NCBI GenBank assembly: GCA_030704615.1
Contig: CM060732.1
Location: 56,358,001 to 56,422,000 of the forward strand
Direction: 5' to 3'
From: Takakia lepidozioides
Taxonomy: Eukaryota; Plantae; Bryophyta
Length of the DNA: 64,000 nt
Part shown: piece by piece, positions 26,512 to 40,000 of the stretch
Layout: every line of letters begins with the position of its first letter
How positions within the stretch are numbered: the first letter of the stretch is position 1
Notes under the pieces: generated by a model
What the model was told of the DNA's origin: nothing
The model's database searches: none
What the model saw: the letters and a program-made list of their open reading frames with translations, nothing else
Program-made: the position numbers and the translations under genes

Positions 26512-28997
26512 CATATGTACATGTAATACTTACTATAATAGCTAGATCCTGGAATGTTCCTAAAGTGATGGGTGATAGTTGATAGAACCAGTATGGGAAC
26601 AATTGTTTAGTACGTTGTGATATGTTTACTTTTCTATTAGAGCTCTTCCATATTTGCCTGGGAAATTGGAAAATCCCATTGTTGTCTCTTAAAGTCCCTT
26701 GCGACATTATGCATTTATATAATTTTCTCAGCTTTTTCCTATAAGAAATTGTAGATTCCCCCATTTCCTTACTAGAATCCAAGTTGTCTCTGTAGAGTCT
26801 ACTCTTTCCAGGGATAGACTTTGGTATACTTTGTATACTAGTATTCTTTCCTAGTAATGAAGGGATTTCAACATTACCTACATAGCTATCTCTGTGTATC
26901 AGGGAAATTTAATATGGTTTCTATGGTAGCACCATGGGACAAAGACACAAGCTCCTCACTCTATGTGCATGACCTACTTTTGGGTCAGTGAAAAGATTAT
27001 CAACAAGATGTTCAACTTACTGTCAGAATTCTTAAGCCTGATATTCTTGCTTGCGCACATTCATTTCTGCATTCTCAAGGATTCTCAGCACTTGAACTTC
27101 TCAGGGATTGAGACCGAGGGGGAGAGTATCCACTAATGCGATTTTGGGGCTCAGGAATAGAGGAATTTATGAGGTGGACTTAGATGGGCCTGCTTATTCG
27201 GCTGTTTCAGAGCCATTTATCTCGATTTTTCCTCTCCTTCTCTCTAGCAGCTTACGTACATGATCCACTGTTGTGTTTTTGGATCCACTGTTCACATGTG
27301 TAGATACTAACCCTTCCGCTCTAAAGACTTCATGAATTTCCTCTTTTCGAGTGGGCCTAACAGACAAAGTGTCATCTCAGCCTCATCTCAGAAACGGGTC
27401 GGTCCGCGTGTGGATTTGTGGGATTGAGGAAGCAAAGTCCACAAGGCTGCACATTCCTCTCGTTTTTTTTACAATGTCTTTTATTTGTCATACAGCCTAT
27501 TCAGAGCTCTAAAAATACATAAAAGTGAAATAAGACAGAAAGTTAAACATGTGGGAGAGGTTTAAATTTACTTTTGGGTAAAAGTTGAGCCACACTTGCG
27601 GAGTACGGAGGATAAATAGATACAAGTGTTCTCATTCTGGCTTGTGTTCATGCTTTGCTTTGCTCTAAAGCTCTCTACTGCTCTCTGCGGGTGTGCGTTT
27701 GGCGTTGCTCTTCTCTTTGGTTTGGATAGAGCAAGGAGGGTGGAAATCAGAGGTTGAGGAAGTTGGGCGTTGGTCTGAACTCTTTGGTTTGGAGAACAAG
27801 GCGGTTGATCATGAGGATGGCTTCGAGTTTTGTGTGTCTATTTCCGCAGTAGTTGCTGCAGATGGGAATCTCCATATTACAGTTTTTAAGAAGCCGAGGA
27901 TGAAGGTGCAGAAGAGGGCCGTGGATCTGAACGAGAAGGAGTAGCCCAACAAGTTGGATGTGACTTCGGTCGGGGAGAAAATGGGGGCGTGTACTCTTGC
28001 TAATGTGTTTTGTGTAAACTAACGTGTCATGCGGATGTGCTTGAGACTATTGAATGGACTACACGTATGTTTGTGAATATGTTGTTATTGGCTATTGGCT
28101 AGGGCTTACTTAAAGTTGGATCCCATCTCCTCTGCAATGCTACCCCTACGAGTGTACTTCCCCCAATTTAAGCATGTAGAGGATGAGATGATATTCTCAT
28201 AATTGCAAAAGAAGTTCTAGTACATGAGAAATCATTCACACTAGGAATGATAACTCTTGTACCTTCTATCATACCATCCCTGATCAATGGCTACCCATCT
28301 AGCTTGTGACCTTTGTCGTAGGATATGGAAGTAGACATTAACTGGAAGCACAAGAAGAATCAAAACTCTAAAATTAATATGCACTTTAATTTTAGCCGTT
28401 CCGCCACAAGAGATAAAACGATCGTTGTCATGTTTTATTGTGGATGATTTTTGGTTTGTATGTTATGCTCTCAACTCATATCTTCTTATGGCTTTCTGTT
28501 TTGCCTATTTGGTTCCTCTCCTTTGCGTTTGTCTGTCCTTTTAGTATTCTATAGGGTTTTGTCTGCTCTTGGTATTATTGATGGTGGAACTCTAATTTAT
28601 TGGATTTTCTAGATTTATGACGCTTAATAGTGTCAAAGCTGGCATGGTTCATAACTAATTGATTTCTCAATGAACCATTGTAGTTCTTAGCTATCTGTTG
28701 TGGAAGTTCTCTTGATGCCTTGAAGGGGAATGAATGCCAAGTTCTAGTGTAGAACAGGAATAAGGTGTCATAATGCCACGTCAACATCGTCAACCACGTC
28801 ATCAACATATGTTTGTTGAAAGCTGCCTAAATTGCTTGAAAGAAAAAAAAAAAATTGACCAAGTTTTTCTAAGGGCATAAGTTTGCTCAGAAGTACTCAC
28901 TATGGTTGTTTGTTGTTCTCTGGTGCAACAAGAAGGGGTGACTCAAGCAAAAGTTTCTCACATTTGTTTGCATTTGCAATGCATGTGTTCCTTTTAA

Positions 28998-29207
28998 ATG
29001 GCAACAAGGTCTATGCTGACATCATTGAAAGCTAGAAGTGGATCGTTTTACAATGTGGCCAAACTAAATGTAATGACTTGGAATGCAATTGTAGGATATG
29101 TCAAACATCATTGTCATAGGGAGGTCTTGCAAGTATTTCAGGAGATACAAAATGAATTCTCAAAGCCACATAATATTACCTTTATATGTTTTATTTCTAC
29201 ACTGTAG
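28998..29207 (+). pseudogene. PLS-type pentatricopeptide repeat fragment
   Basis: NVMTWNAIVGYVKHHCHREVLQVFQEIQNEFSKPHNITFICFIS matches the PPR consensus DVVTWNAMIxGYxxHGxGxEALxLFxEMQxEGxKPDxITFxxVL. It is a single isolated repeat. Confidence 0.7.
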
Positions 29208-31319
29208 CAATTTTGGACAAGGTGAATGAGATGATTCCCACTCTGCGCTCTCCTCCATTAAGTTGGTTGGGTTTAAGCTTGCATCTCTCGTAAATCTTGA
29301 TTTTTGTCAAATTGAACTTTAACCAATTTTGTTTGGTGCCATTGCTTCACTGAATATGTTTCGATTTCAAAATTGAATAATATTTTTTAATCTTAATATC
29401 TATATGAATTGTAGTTTTCTTAAAATCTGTCACATTATTATATAAATTTAAAACTTGAAAAGATAGAGAATTGTGTAAGAACAAAGAAGGGAAAAAAACT
29501 CTGGCCGAAGCAGACGTAACATATGGTGTTAAAAATACTATAAAAGCAACCACCTCCAGTTTGAAAGATTAACATTTTTTAATGGCCATGATAACCCGGG
29601 CAATGTTGGAAGTGGGAAGATAAATAACCCATGTTCATGAGTTATCCTCCGTGAGAAGAAGGCTTATGGCCACCTTCGCACTCAAGGGTTTTTTTTTTTC
29701 CCTTAAATAATGCAAATAAAGCTCCAAGGGCTTCCTCAACAAATCTCACGGAGCCGACTACCTACATCCGGCGAGAGTATTGTAAAATCATACATTTGCA
29801 TTGAAATTTTATATTATTCTTTTTTTTTTGTACAATATTTTTTACTAAAATAAAACAACCGATTGACTAATCGCGTTGGCTATTGGGGGGTAACTCACCG
29901 TATTTTCAAAACCATATGAGAATAAATATAGGGTGCAATTTATTTTCTTGAGATAAATTTTAGAAAAAAATTACTTAGAAAATATATCATTTTCACCCAG
30001 TTTTTTTTTTAAATGGTCACAAAAAATCCAAAGTTTTACCTAAAAGGTTAATATAGTAAAGGGTTTTATCTACAATATAATGTATCCATCCATGTGAAGT
30101 TTCTCATATATTGCATCGAGCTCTAATCCATCATGATGAAATCAGGTAGAGGTCACCTGAAGTTCAATTATGATTCCAGTGATACACAGTGGATTGATGT
30201 TGATACCATAATCTCAACCATCTCAAAACTTGTACTCTTTATATCCAAGTGATGATGTGGCTTTGAATGAGTTTGTGGCTAATGCAAATTAAACTTTTTC
30301 TTGGGTCTGGCATTCGACTTATGTTATATGGAATGTACTTGTTTGAGTACATGTTTTTGAAATTTTGTAATTATTTAGAATGATAATTTAAAATAAGGTT
30401 TAATTCATTGTTGCAAAAAAAAAATTATAATGAATAATAAGGTGTTAGAAAACAAAGACTTTTACAATATTACCTAAAAATAAGGTTAAAAAAAAGGCAA
30501 AATATTAAAAATATAGTCTAATATAATTATACCTTTGTACGCACGTGATATGAAAAAAATACATTTAGTGACCCCCCCACCCCCTGCGAATAGAGAAATC
30601 TACCTCTTGAAGGAGGTGTTAGTAGAGATGAAGGAATTTGTCTCATCTTATAATAAAAGAGAAGCTAAGAAGAAGGCACAAGAAAGAGTGATGTAGAACG
30701 CTCCGCGTTTCGTGGTGAGGGGGAATTGAACTTAGCCGTTTGCTAGCCTCCCCTCTCCGCCAACGGAGCTGCTCCATCAACCCCTTCTCCATTCTCCGTT
30801 GTTCTTCTTCCATCTCCCTCTATTCGTCCCTCTCCGGTGGATGTGTTTCATTCCAATATCCCTTACGTGTAAGCTCTGCATGGTTTTTGCGAGCTCTTTC
30901 CAACAAATGCCTTTTCGCCTCCCCTTCTCTCTTCCTTGGATGGCTTCATCCCGACGGTGCTCTCTCTGGTGATCAGTGTTGCGCTTCCCGCTCGCTCTAT
31001 AGGGTTTTCCAATACCCAGCTTGTCTCTTTCCTTTCAAGAGACAACTTGTTGGTTTCTGTGTAAGTTAGCTTACTGAGTCGCTCTCCTCGCTTCCCGCTG
31101 TCGCTTCACTGAAGTGTCCCAGTAACGTTCAGTCACCTTCTCTTCCGCGTGTAAGATGCCCCAGCAGCGGTTTATGATGCCAGCCTAGCTCTGGTCTGCG
31201 GTGCTGAAGATAAGTGCCTCTTCTCAGTCTTCCCCCCTCTCTCCTCCCTCGCTCCTCCTGCTCGCTGGTCTTGCGGTTACCCTCTCCCTTCTGTTCCTTC
31301 CATGTTGGTTTTTTGCGCT

Positions 31320-33842
31320 TCATGGCCCCTAACACCAGAGCGGGTTTCGGTGGCCCCCTAGAGGCTCAGTATTTCGTCCTTGCAGACAACATAGAGACCG
31401 GCATAGAAGTGGAAACTTTAACATGATTCCTAGAAACGATCTTCTAGGTGCTGCTCCAATTTCTCCTCCTGGCAGACAGTCTGGTCAACAACTTATCTTG
31501 CGACATGGAAGTCATAAAAACCACTCTAAGTTACTATCCGAGCAAGGCATTTTGCTCCACTTCCCTGGGAGAGTAAGAGACCGTCAAATTGGGCTAAGAT
31601 TTGAACTATAGAACATTTGGGAACAGATGAAGGCCTTACCCAACACTTCTGTCATCCGCTGGGAAGAGGTTTCTTTCCATAATGTTTAGTTCTGCTGAGT
31701 TCGCCACGAAGGCCTTGAAATTCAATGTCCGAAGGTCTAGCTTTCGGGTGCACATTTTTCTTTGGTCGGTTGATTGGGGTCACAAGTTGGGGGTAACTTG
31801 CAAGCCAAGGGTCATTGCGATTCCATTTCTTCTGGCAACTACCTCCGCTCCCTGCCTGAGATAAATGCCCACTTCGGAGCGTACATTGGTACAATGAACG
31901 TCAATGACTTTGATAATGGGGATCTCGTTAGCATAGATTCTGATGCTAACTTCGACCATACGTGGGATTCTGGAGTTCCTAAGATTGTGGTATGGATGCC
32001 AGAGCAGACCAAAATCGATGCTTCTCTCAAGCTGCTGACGCTGGACAATTCATTTATAACGGTGTCGGTGTTGGAGGAGTATCTGAATGTTCTCTGTCAC
32101 TTGTGTCATAAGGAAGGACACTTCAAAGTTGACTACCCCTTAAATAAGAAAGCTAAAACCCCTAATTTGGCTTCTCCTTCTGTGGCAGCTGTTCAGGATA
32201 CAGGAACAAAATTGAGGATGCAGGAAGCGGTGGCTTCTCCTAGTGTTGCCTCCTCGCTTGAAAGACCTCCTGCAAAAAAGCCAAGGGTGATATCTTCTAC
32301 CCCCTACACCCCTAAACCCTTTTGTGTAAGGGAATTTCTAAGCTCCCCGGTGCTTATGATTGCCCGTTCCAGGATGGAGGCAGTCATTACAATCTGGCTG
32401 AGGGTGAGTTGGAGAACTTGGGTGCTTTTTGCAGCATGCTCAAGTCATTCCAAAGACTGGGCATCCCGGATGATCATTCGCCAGACGGTCCCGTCTCTGT
32501 GGGTATCCATGTCACTCCAGTTGTCTTCAGATTCTCATACGGCTCCCCAGCCATTCTAACCACCGCCAACGATTCATTGGTTCTTGGATCTTCCCGGAAG
32601 ATGTCCAATCCGAAATGGACATTATCCTGTCCAAGATTCATAGTATCTTCTTGGCCTATCTCCCTCATCTTACTATTTATGCTGAGACTCCTACTTTCTT
32701 TTGCTCTTTCCTCCACCAGTCATCTTCTGGCAATTATAACGTTCAGCTCCTTCCTACTATTCGATTCTTGGATCTGAAACAGCAGGACAGCTCCTCTTCC
32801 TCTCTGACCTGGTTGACTAGGAAACAGATCCCGATTGAGTTTGGTGATCTTGGCAATAAAAAGTTCCTTGCGGCTGTGTACAATGTGGGCATGTTGCTGG
32901 TTGAAGAGATACAATATGCTCAAAGGAATTTGCGCTCAGAGGAAGATCCTCCCTGCAATGACAAAATCTTTACTATTATAGATTTGGCTATTACTGCCCC
33001 TTCCCCGGTGAGCTCGATTTCTCTCTCTTGCTTTCTATCGTCTCTCCCCCTCTTCACCACTGTTCTATATTGTACTGGTGATAATCTGCAGATCTCAGAT
33101 CTCACCAGGGTTTTCTCTATCTTATGTCGTTTCAAGGGTATTTTGCTCCCCATCTGCTTCCAGTCAGGTCTTCTCAACTGAACCTGCAATTCGTTGCAGT
33201 TTTGTTTTGTTGGAGAGGTTGTCACTTTCTCTTGGGTATTTGGCTGCTTTGTCTTAGATATTTCTGTCCTTATATCCATCTCCACCTTATTGTCGATGTC
33301 TCCTTCCAACCATCAAATCATGGTATGATCTCCATGGGCTGCCAATACTTTAATCCTGTAGACATGACTTGGTCTCTACACTCTTCGGAACATTCGGGGT
33401 ATGGGTTCGGATACCACCAGCCCAAGAGAAGAAGGGTTAAACTTTGGGCTTCTTCCTTTCTCTCCTCCTCCGCGATAATCTTCCTTCAAGAAACTAAGCT
33501 TGATGATAGCAAGATCAGCTCTATTGTAATAGTTTTTGGCCCCCCCATGTGGCATGGTGGAACCCTACGGTTTCATCTTCACGTGGTGGGACTACCGTTC
33601 TGGTCTCTCCTCCCATTGCTCCCGCCATTAAAGACTTCAGATTTGGATTCAAGGTCGTGTGCAATGTGTTTTCACTGAGCTTTCTTCTCCCTTTGGTGAA
33701 ACTGCTTTTATTAATGTCTACGCTCCCAACCTCTCTCTTGAAAGGGCATCCCTATGGGACAATATCAAAGAAAAGGTTATTGAATTTCCACACATCCTTA
33801 ATTGGGTTCTTGCTGGAGACTTTAACATGGTGGAAAATTTTG
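31320..33842 (+). mobile_element. L1-like LINE, ORF1 remnant and N-terminal half of the APE endonuclease
   Basis: ORF1-like region (GFFSIMFSSAEFATKAL; knuckle CHLCHKEGH) and endonuclease motifs IIFLQETKL, INVYAPN and WVLAGDFNMVEN. Frameshifted. Confidence 0.85.
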
Positions 33843-34935
33843 GAGGTAGCCTATACTATATGTGCACACAAATGCATGCATATGGAGGAATGTATGCGTG
33901 CATACAAATTTTAGATATGCATAAGAACAATTTTATATGCACAACACTTAAATAAGGGTACCCAAAAAAAAAGAAAAAAAGATTGTGATTCATCTTAGGG
34001 TCCGTAGTCAAAATATCAAAAGATGGATAAGAACATTTTATATAGAATATTTTATATTCATTGTATTACTATTCCACATGGGTGAGTGTAGGAATGGGAG
34101 AGGAACATGTTGCTTTTATGGCTTTCCAACATGAGAAAAAAGGTCGAAAAATTAAAAAGTGACGAGGCACGGCTCTTTATTAGATACAAACGGTGAAGGT
34201 ACGGGCTCTTCCAATGGTGGGAGTCTAGTTTGAAGTTTAGAATGGAGCAATGCTCAGGGAATGCTAGGGAGCTTGACAATGTGATGAAGATGGTCCGCCT
34301 GTGCATTTGGGTAGTAAATGGCGATGGCCCGCAAGGGAATTCAATTTTACAAAAAAGACTATTAATTGGTAATCGAACCCGCAATCTTATAACTTAATAA
34401 ACATAATCCTTACCAAACCACCACCCATTTAATCTTATTATATAGGTTTTGCAGTATTTATATATCTATCTTCTGAAACATTTTTATTTTACAAAAACAT
34501 AATGTCCATCAGAGATAGAACCCACAACCGATCGGGTATCAAGCCTAGTTCATACCACTACACTACCCATTCAGACTTGAAACACCAATGAAATGAAACA
34601 GTAATGAAATAAAAATAGTCACCTTGTGTGTACATAACATGCCACAATACTCATAAGGGTTGATCTTACTAATGATGAAATTTGATAGTGCTGAAGTGCA
34701 CGTCGAACTTGCATTCAGGTAAAGGGATCTATGAAATGCAATAGAGATCTATGTACAAACTATTACATAGATAAATCAAATGACATAAAGATAACATGAA
34801 ATCTGATTTTAACACCATGTTATTTGCCCCATTTGTTTTACCTTACACTAGAGAGAAATACATGTATCATAAAAAATAACCAAAAATTCGGACTAACAAT
34901 GAGGACAATGTATTGTATATGTAATTTCTAATTAC

Positions 34936-37900
34936 CTACATAACATCATCAGCTGATACTTCATCATCCGTGTCATAAGCCTGTGATTCAGAGGCATACA
35001 CATCCATGAAAGCCTCAACTCTACGCAACCTATCCACGGATTGTCCAACAATAGCTGCTCTTCGGTCAAACAATAGATCATTGGAAAGACCTACATCACG
35101 TTGTTGATATATTGAATGCAAAGCTTGGGACTCGGCATACGAAGATAGATAAAACGATGAAAGAGGACTTTGGGGTAGACTATCGTAGATGGTCCGCACA
35201 ATCCCATCACTGCATCACACATACATGTATACTTATGTTAACAAATCAAATGGGAATGGTTTGCTTTGCAAATAATATAGAGATTGCAACAAAGGGAATG
35301 GAGGCGAGACATACTCACTAGGAAGTACTGCCGAGATGAAGACCAAGCTTGCGCGCCACCTTAGGAGCGGGGGGTTCCAACAAACTCACAGGACGTTGAA
35401 TGGTTGGAGTTACCACAGATGAAACCAAAACATGTTGAGTATTTTGAAGTGCAGAGAGACGTGCTGCATACAACGTCTGGTCCCCCTCAAGACCAAATAC
35501 GTGACGTCCAAACTCGCGGGCAGCAATAAATGTAGAACCTGCAGGAAAAAAACATGCAATGATGATACTATATCGGATAACAGTTAATGATCATGAATCA
35601 GCTCAGAAGATTTTAATTACAAAATGGAGACCGATGCAAACCTGTGACAGCTGTGAGATCCAAAATGCGGAAGCCAGGAGGTGAGCATGTCTCCAACAAC
35701 ACTTGCATGAAGGCGGGACTACGGTCTCGCGCACCCCTCCAGGCTTGTTGAGGAGTTTGCATGGGTAGTGCAACATCTGGAATGTGGTTGTAGATGGCAT
35801 CCAACTCAACAGGGTCTGCAAGGGGGTCCACAACTTTGCCAGACTCACACAGTTTGAATAGTCCTCCTTGCTTGGTGAGGACAGGGACGTGGAAGAACAT
35901 GGTCTATTAGACGTGCCATTTCCACAAAAACAGTGCACCCAGATAGTAGGAAGATGAAACATCAAACAATGAGATATTGAAGAGGGATGATTATTACCTT
36001 TCATGTCTGAGTGTGTAGAGGGGTGGTATTGATGCAAATATATTTCCTTGATAATACGGAAATAGAGCTGCCCCTGGAGTAAGAAAAGAGCTCCAATGCA
36101 AAGGAATCATCGGAGCCCTGCAAGAACACCAAGCATCCATTGTCATCCAACAGGTCATTAGCAATGGAGAATGCATACTCCCAATACCGTTTATCAAAAG
36201 CATTCCAGGGAGGAACCTGTACACCATCCAAACAGCCCTGTACAGGCATTCCTATTGGGCAGTCCACGATGATCATGTCCATAGCCACAGGCACGCTTTT
36301 TCCATCCACAACACTAGACCAAGTTCCTGGCAACTGCAAACAACATACAGAAAATGTAGGAGTCAATAGCCAGATGATGAGGATATAAAAACATCGAAGA
36401 ATTCCTTACATTCAAGTTTGTTTGTTGGGGGAAACTCACATTTTTTAAGAACTCCATGAGCTCTTTCAAGGTCGCATCAGGAGATGTACTTGAGGCCTCC
36501 ACCATATCAATGAAATGAGTAGGCATGATCTTCATGCGATACATGCTAGGTGCACCACCAGAAAATGACACTGCACTGTAAGGATATTCGCCTACCTTTG
36601 GCTTGTTTTCTCGAGTAGTAGGTGCAGGCACTACAACCAACTGATTTGAAGGATGTGAAGAACTACCAATAGGACCAGCAATAGAAGCCACACCTGCATT
36701 GATATCCGCACCTTTTCTTTTTCGTGATTTGCGTTTTGGTACACCCACAACGGCAGGGACCACTTGGGCTACAGCGTCAGCGGCCTGTGTAGCAATCTGT
36801 TCTGCATGCTCCAGATCAAGAATAGGGACTTCAGTGGAGATACCCCCTTCCTCACTCACTGATTGCCTGCGAACACATTCCTTATGAAGTCCCATTTCTG
36901 CATAGGGGATAGTACCCTTGGGCATATCCAAGTACCAACCCCCCCCCCCCCCTTCCCGGTGTTCCACACCCCAATCTTCCTCAATTGCAGGTGTGTACAT
37001 GGAAGCTTGTTGAGCACCAAACTTCCAGGCCATCAGAAACTTGGGCTCAGCCTTAAGTCGATCACTCGGTACAAGCACAAATCTCATGTACCTAAAATAC
37101 AAACACATTCAAAGTTATTGTGGAGACAAATATTTATGCAACATGTTCAACAATTGAACAAGCACATTAAGAAACATGTATATCCCAATGTACTAGAAAT
37201 ACTTGAAGCATAGACATTTTTGACTTACAAGGTGTATACACTATCCATGTACAATGCAATGGAAAGATGGTACCTGAATAAAATCCGTCTCACCACCTTC
37301 TCCCCACCTGTTTGTTGTTCCCAATCATTGCCTCTGAATGGCCCCTTTGGCAATGAGAACTCTCTATGAAACAACTCATTGAAATGAGTCATCTTCCATG
37401 TATCCATGTAGTCTCCCAGACTCTCACTCTCTCCTTCCTCCAAGGCAACATGAAATTGGCCAAGCTGAGTGGTGTACAAGGCAAACTGAGCCAAGGCAAC
37501 CTTGCGAAGCTGCCAGAAAATACAGTCAATTAAATAACTATGTTAATGTGTCATCAACAAAATGAATTAATTGCATTGAGAAGATAGTGATTGTATATGT
37601 ACCTGCCACCAAAAAGTCCTTCTATTCAGCCAAGGATCAAGTGTTGGCCCACTGATAGGCCCGAGTGGAAAAAAAAATTACGGTCGTGAAGTGTTTGGTC
37701 TTCATTCCATATATGTAGTCATTCCACCTTTTCTTCAGGATCCACCCGGGCGGTAGCAATGTTCACCATTTTCTCTTGGGTCATTTCCTCTGATCCTGCC
37801 TTTACACGTGACCAATGCAGTTTAAGTTCTTGGAGAAACCCCTCTCCAAGGGTTGGATCAGCAATAGGAAGCAACTTCATAAGTTGACTCTTGTGTTGCT

Positions 37901-39275
37901 CCCTTGCTTTCAATCCAGCCTGTCTCATTGTATCTTCAAGGCCCTCTTGACTCTTTGGCCCCTCAGCAAGTTTGTAAGCTTCCCCCACCATGCGTTGGGC
38001 CTCAACAATACTATGCTGCCAAAAGAACCAAAACAGTTCATAACATGAACCAGAGGTGAATATTGTCTATGGATGCAAAGAATGAAACTTGGTTAAGACA
38101 TAATGTTACCTTGTACAAAATCTCTGTCATTGCATGGACTATCAGGTTATACCAAGTCTTTCCTGCTTTCTTGATGCATTCGTCGTATTGCTCTTTCCTC
38201 AATACATTCTTCCATTCAGAGACAGGTGTAAGGCCAATCATATTGACCTTGCAAACTAAGTGCACAAATTTGGATGTAACATGTGCCCTCTCTGTTGCCC
38301 TGCACATATAAAATATGATCATTAGAAAGAAGATGTGTATATGTACATCCATTGAGCAAGAACATGACAACATTGAACATGAAAGTAAATGAAGAATAGA
38401 AAGGAAACTCACACATTCACTCCATCCATTATGGACCTGAGGGAACCACGATTTTCAATGTCCGCATTGAGTACCCAACTTGTCACACAGACATGTCTTG
38501 ACAAGTTGGCCCCATGAACTTCATTGATATAGGGATACCATGCTTGAAGCCTTGATTCCCATCCCAGACATGAAACATCTTCCCCCAAAGATGATGCAAC
38601 TTTGGCTTGGACTCAAGATACTTCTCAAACTCATCATTGATTGTTTTCCAATGACTATCCCATGTAGAGATGATATCAGGACCTACATCTATAGTAGATC
38701 CATCAATCCCCTCAACAGAAACATAGAACACGGCTGCTCCTGGATGGTATCTAGAATAGAAGTCTCCTCTAAGCTTTTGGCAAGGGCGGGCCTAACAACT
38801 TGAAATCATGCGACACAATAGAATGTCCATAACTCCATCCTCAATGAGGAGGGACCTGAAAGTTACATTAAGATCTTGTTTCTTTTCCAGAATAATTGTC
38901 TGTTTGGCATCTAGAGAAAGAAGATCACTAGATGTTGTATCCTCTTCATACTCATCTGCCCCCCAATTCCCTGCATCAATGTCGTCAATAATGGTTGCAA
39001 GTGTCCCGGCCTCCACAGCTTCAATTGTAGTAGTAATTTCCTAATTCCATAGACCAAAACAGTTCAAGATGTCAGTGTATGAGAAGAGCACATGTGTGAA
39101 TGTATAATATGTAAAAAGAGCAGTTCAGTGTCATGGTTGCATGAAGAAAACAAATGAATTTGGACAGTCAACTAATTCCATGAATATCCTTGTCTTTCAA
39201 AGCTTACAACTTGGAGCAGAATACAAGCCTGAGCATCCCGACAGAGGACCTCCGACCACCTACGTCGGCGCATCC
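34936..39275 (-). pseudogene. multi-exon ParB/Srx-like + beta-class N4C/N6A DNA methyltransferase-like gene (frameshifted copy)
   Basis: N-terminal part ILLCRMIS/VVRPALAK/DFYSRYHPGAAVFYVS..MFHVWDGN[H]RLQAW (1-nt deletion in the His codon near 38553). C-terminal part MDMIIVDCPIG (motif IV position), LLDDNGCLVF, WRGARDRSPAFMQVLLETCSPPGFRILDLTAVTG|STFIAAREFGRHVFGLEGD (motifs X, I and II, joined across GT-AG intron 35539-35641). Confidence 0.8.
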
Positions 39276-39419
39276 ATGGAAGGGAGGTTGTAGCCAAACA
39301 TACATGAGCACCTTGAAAGATCAAATTAGGCCTATGGAAGCATGTGGAGTTGTGGAGGTGGCAATGTAGATGCTTTGAGATACTTGAATACTGTGATCAA
39401 CCAAAATAGGGAAGGTTCC

Positions 39420-40000
39420 CCAAGCGTCTGCGCCGACGGAGGTGGCAGCCTCGACACTTGGAGCTTAAGTAACACAAGGAATATACAACAAAAAAAACCA
39501 AGCTCCAAGTGTCTCCGCCGGCGGAGACGCTTGCAGGAGGTTCCTGAAACCTATGAGCTGAGCAAAAAAAAATGTACTCAATGGGTATGCGCCGGCGGAT
39601 ATGCCAGCGCAGCCCGCTCGGAGCATCAACAACTTTTGAGCATGCGAAAAAACAAAGGAGATGGAAAAGGGAAGAACTTCGTGAAACATTTGAGCAGCCC
39701 TGCTTGCACAGGTATGCGCCAGCGGATACGCCAGCCCAACCCGCTCGGAGCATCAGCAACGTATGAGCATGCAAAAAAATAAACGGGATGGGAGTAGAGG
39801 AGCACTTCCTGAAACATGTGAGCATCCCAGCTCCAACGGTATGCGCCGGCGGAGGTGGCAGCCCAGCCCTTCCAAGCATCAGAAAAAACCAAGGGGAATG
39901 AGTTGTCTCCACCGGCGGAGACGGTTGTGTGTATGTGTGGAGATTCGCAAACTTGTGAGAGTTGAAGTGACTTAGGCATCTGCGCCGGCGGAGGTGCTAG
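39420..40000. repeat. GC-rich repeat and palindrome array in the 5' region of the ParB-MTase gene
   Basis: (A/C)TGCGCCGGCGGA-like motif occurs five times. Perfect palindrome GTCTCCGCCGGCGGAGAC at 39511-39528 and a 1-mismatch copy at 39905-39922. A ~125-bp tandem duplication spans 39585-39835. Confidence 0.8.

Noticed and set aside
34936-39275. Bacterial contamination or a prophage as the source of the ParB-MTase
   Set aside because: The gene has GT-AG spliceosomal introns, one splitting motif I in frame, and lies inside a TSD-flanked element inserted in a plant LINE.
39342-39979. Several overlapping ORFs in the GC-rich array
   Set aside because: They arise from repeats and have no protein-family motifs.
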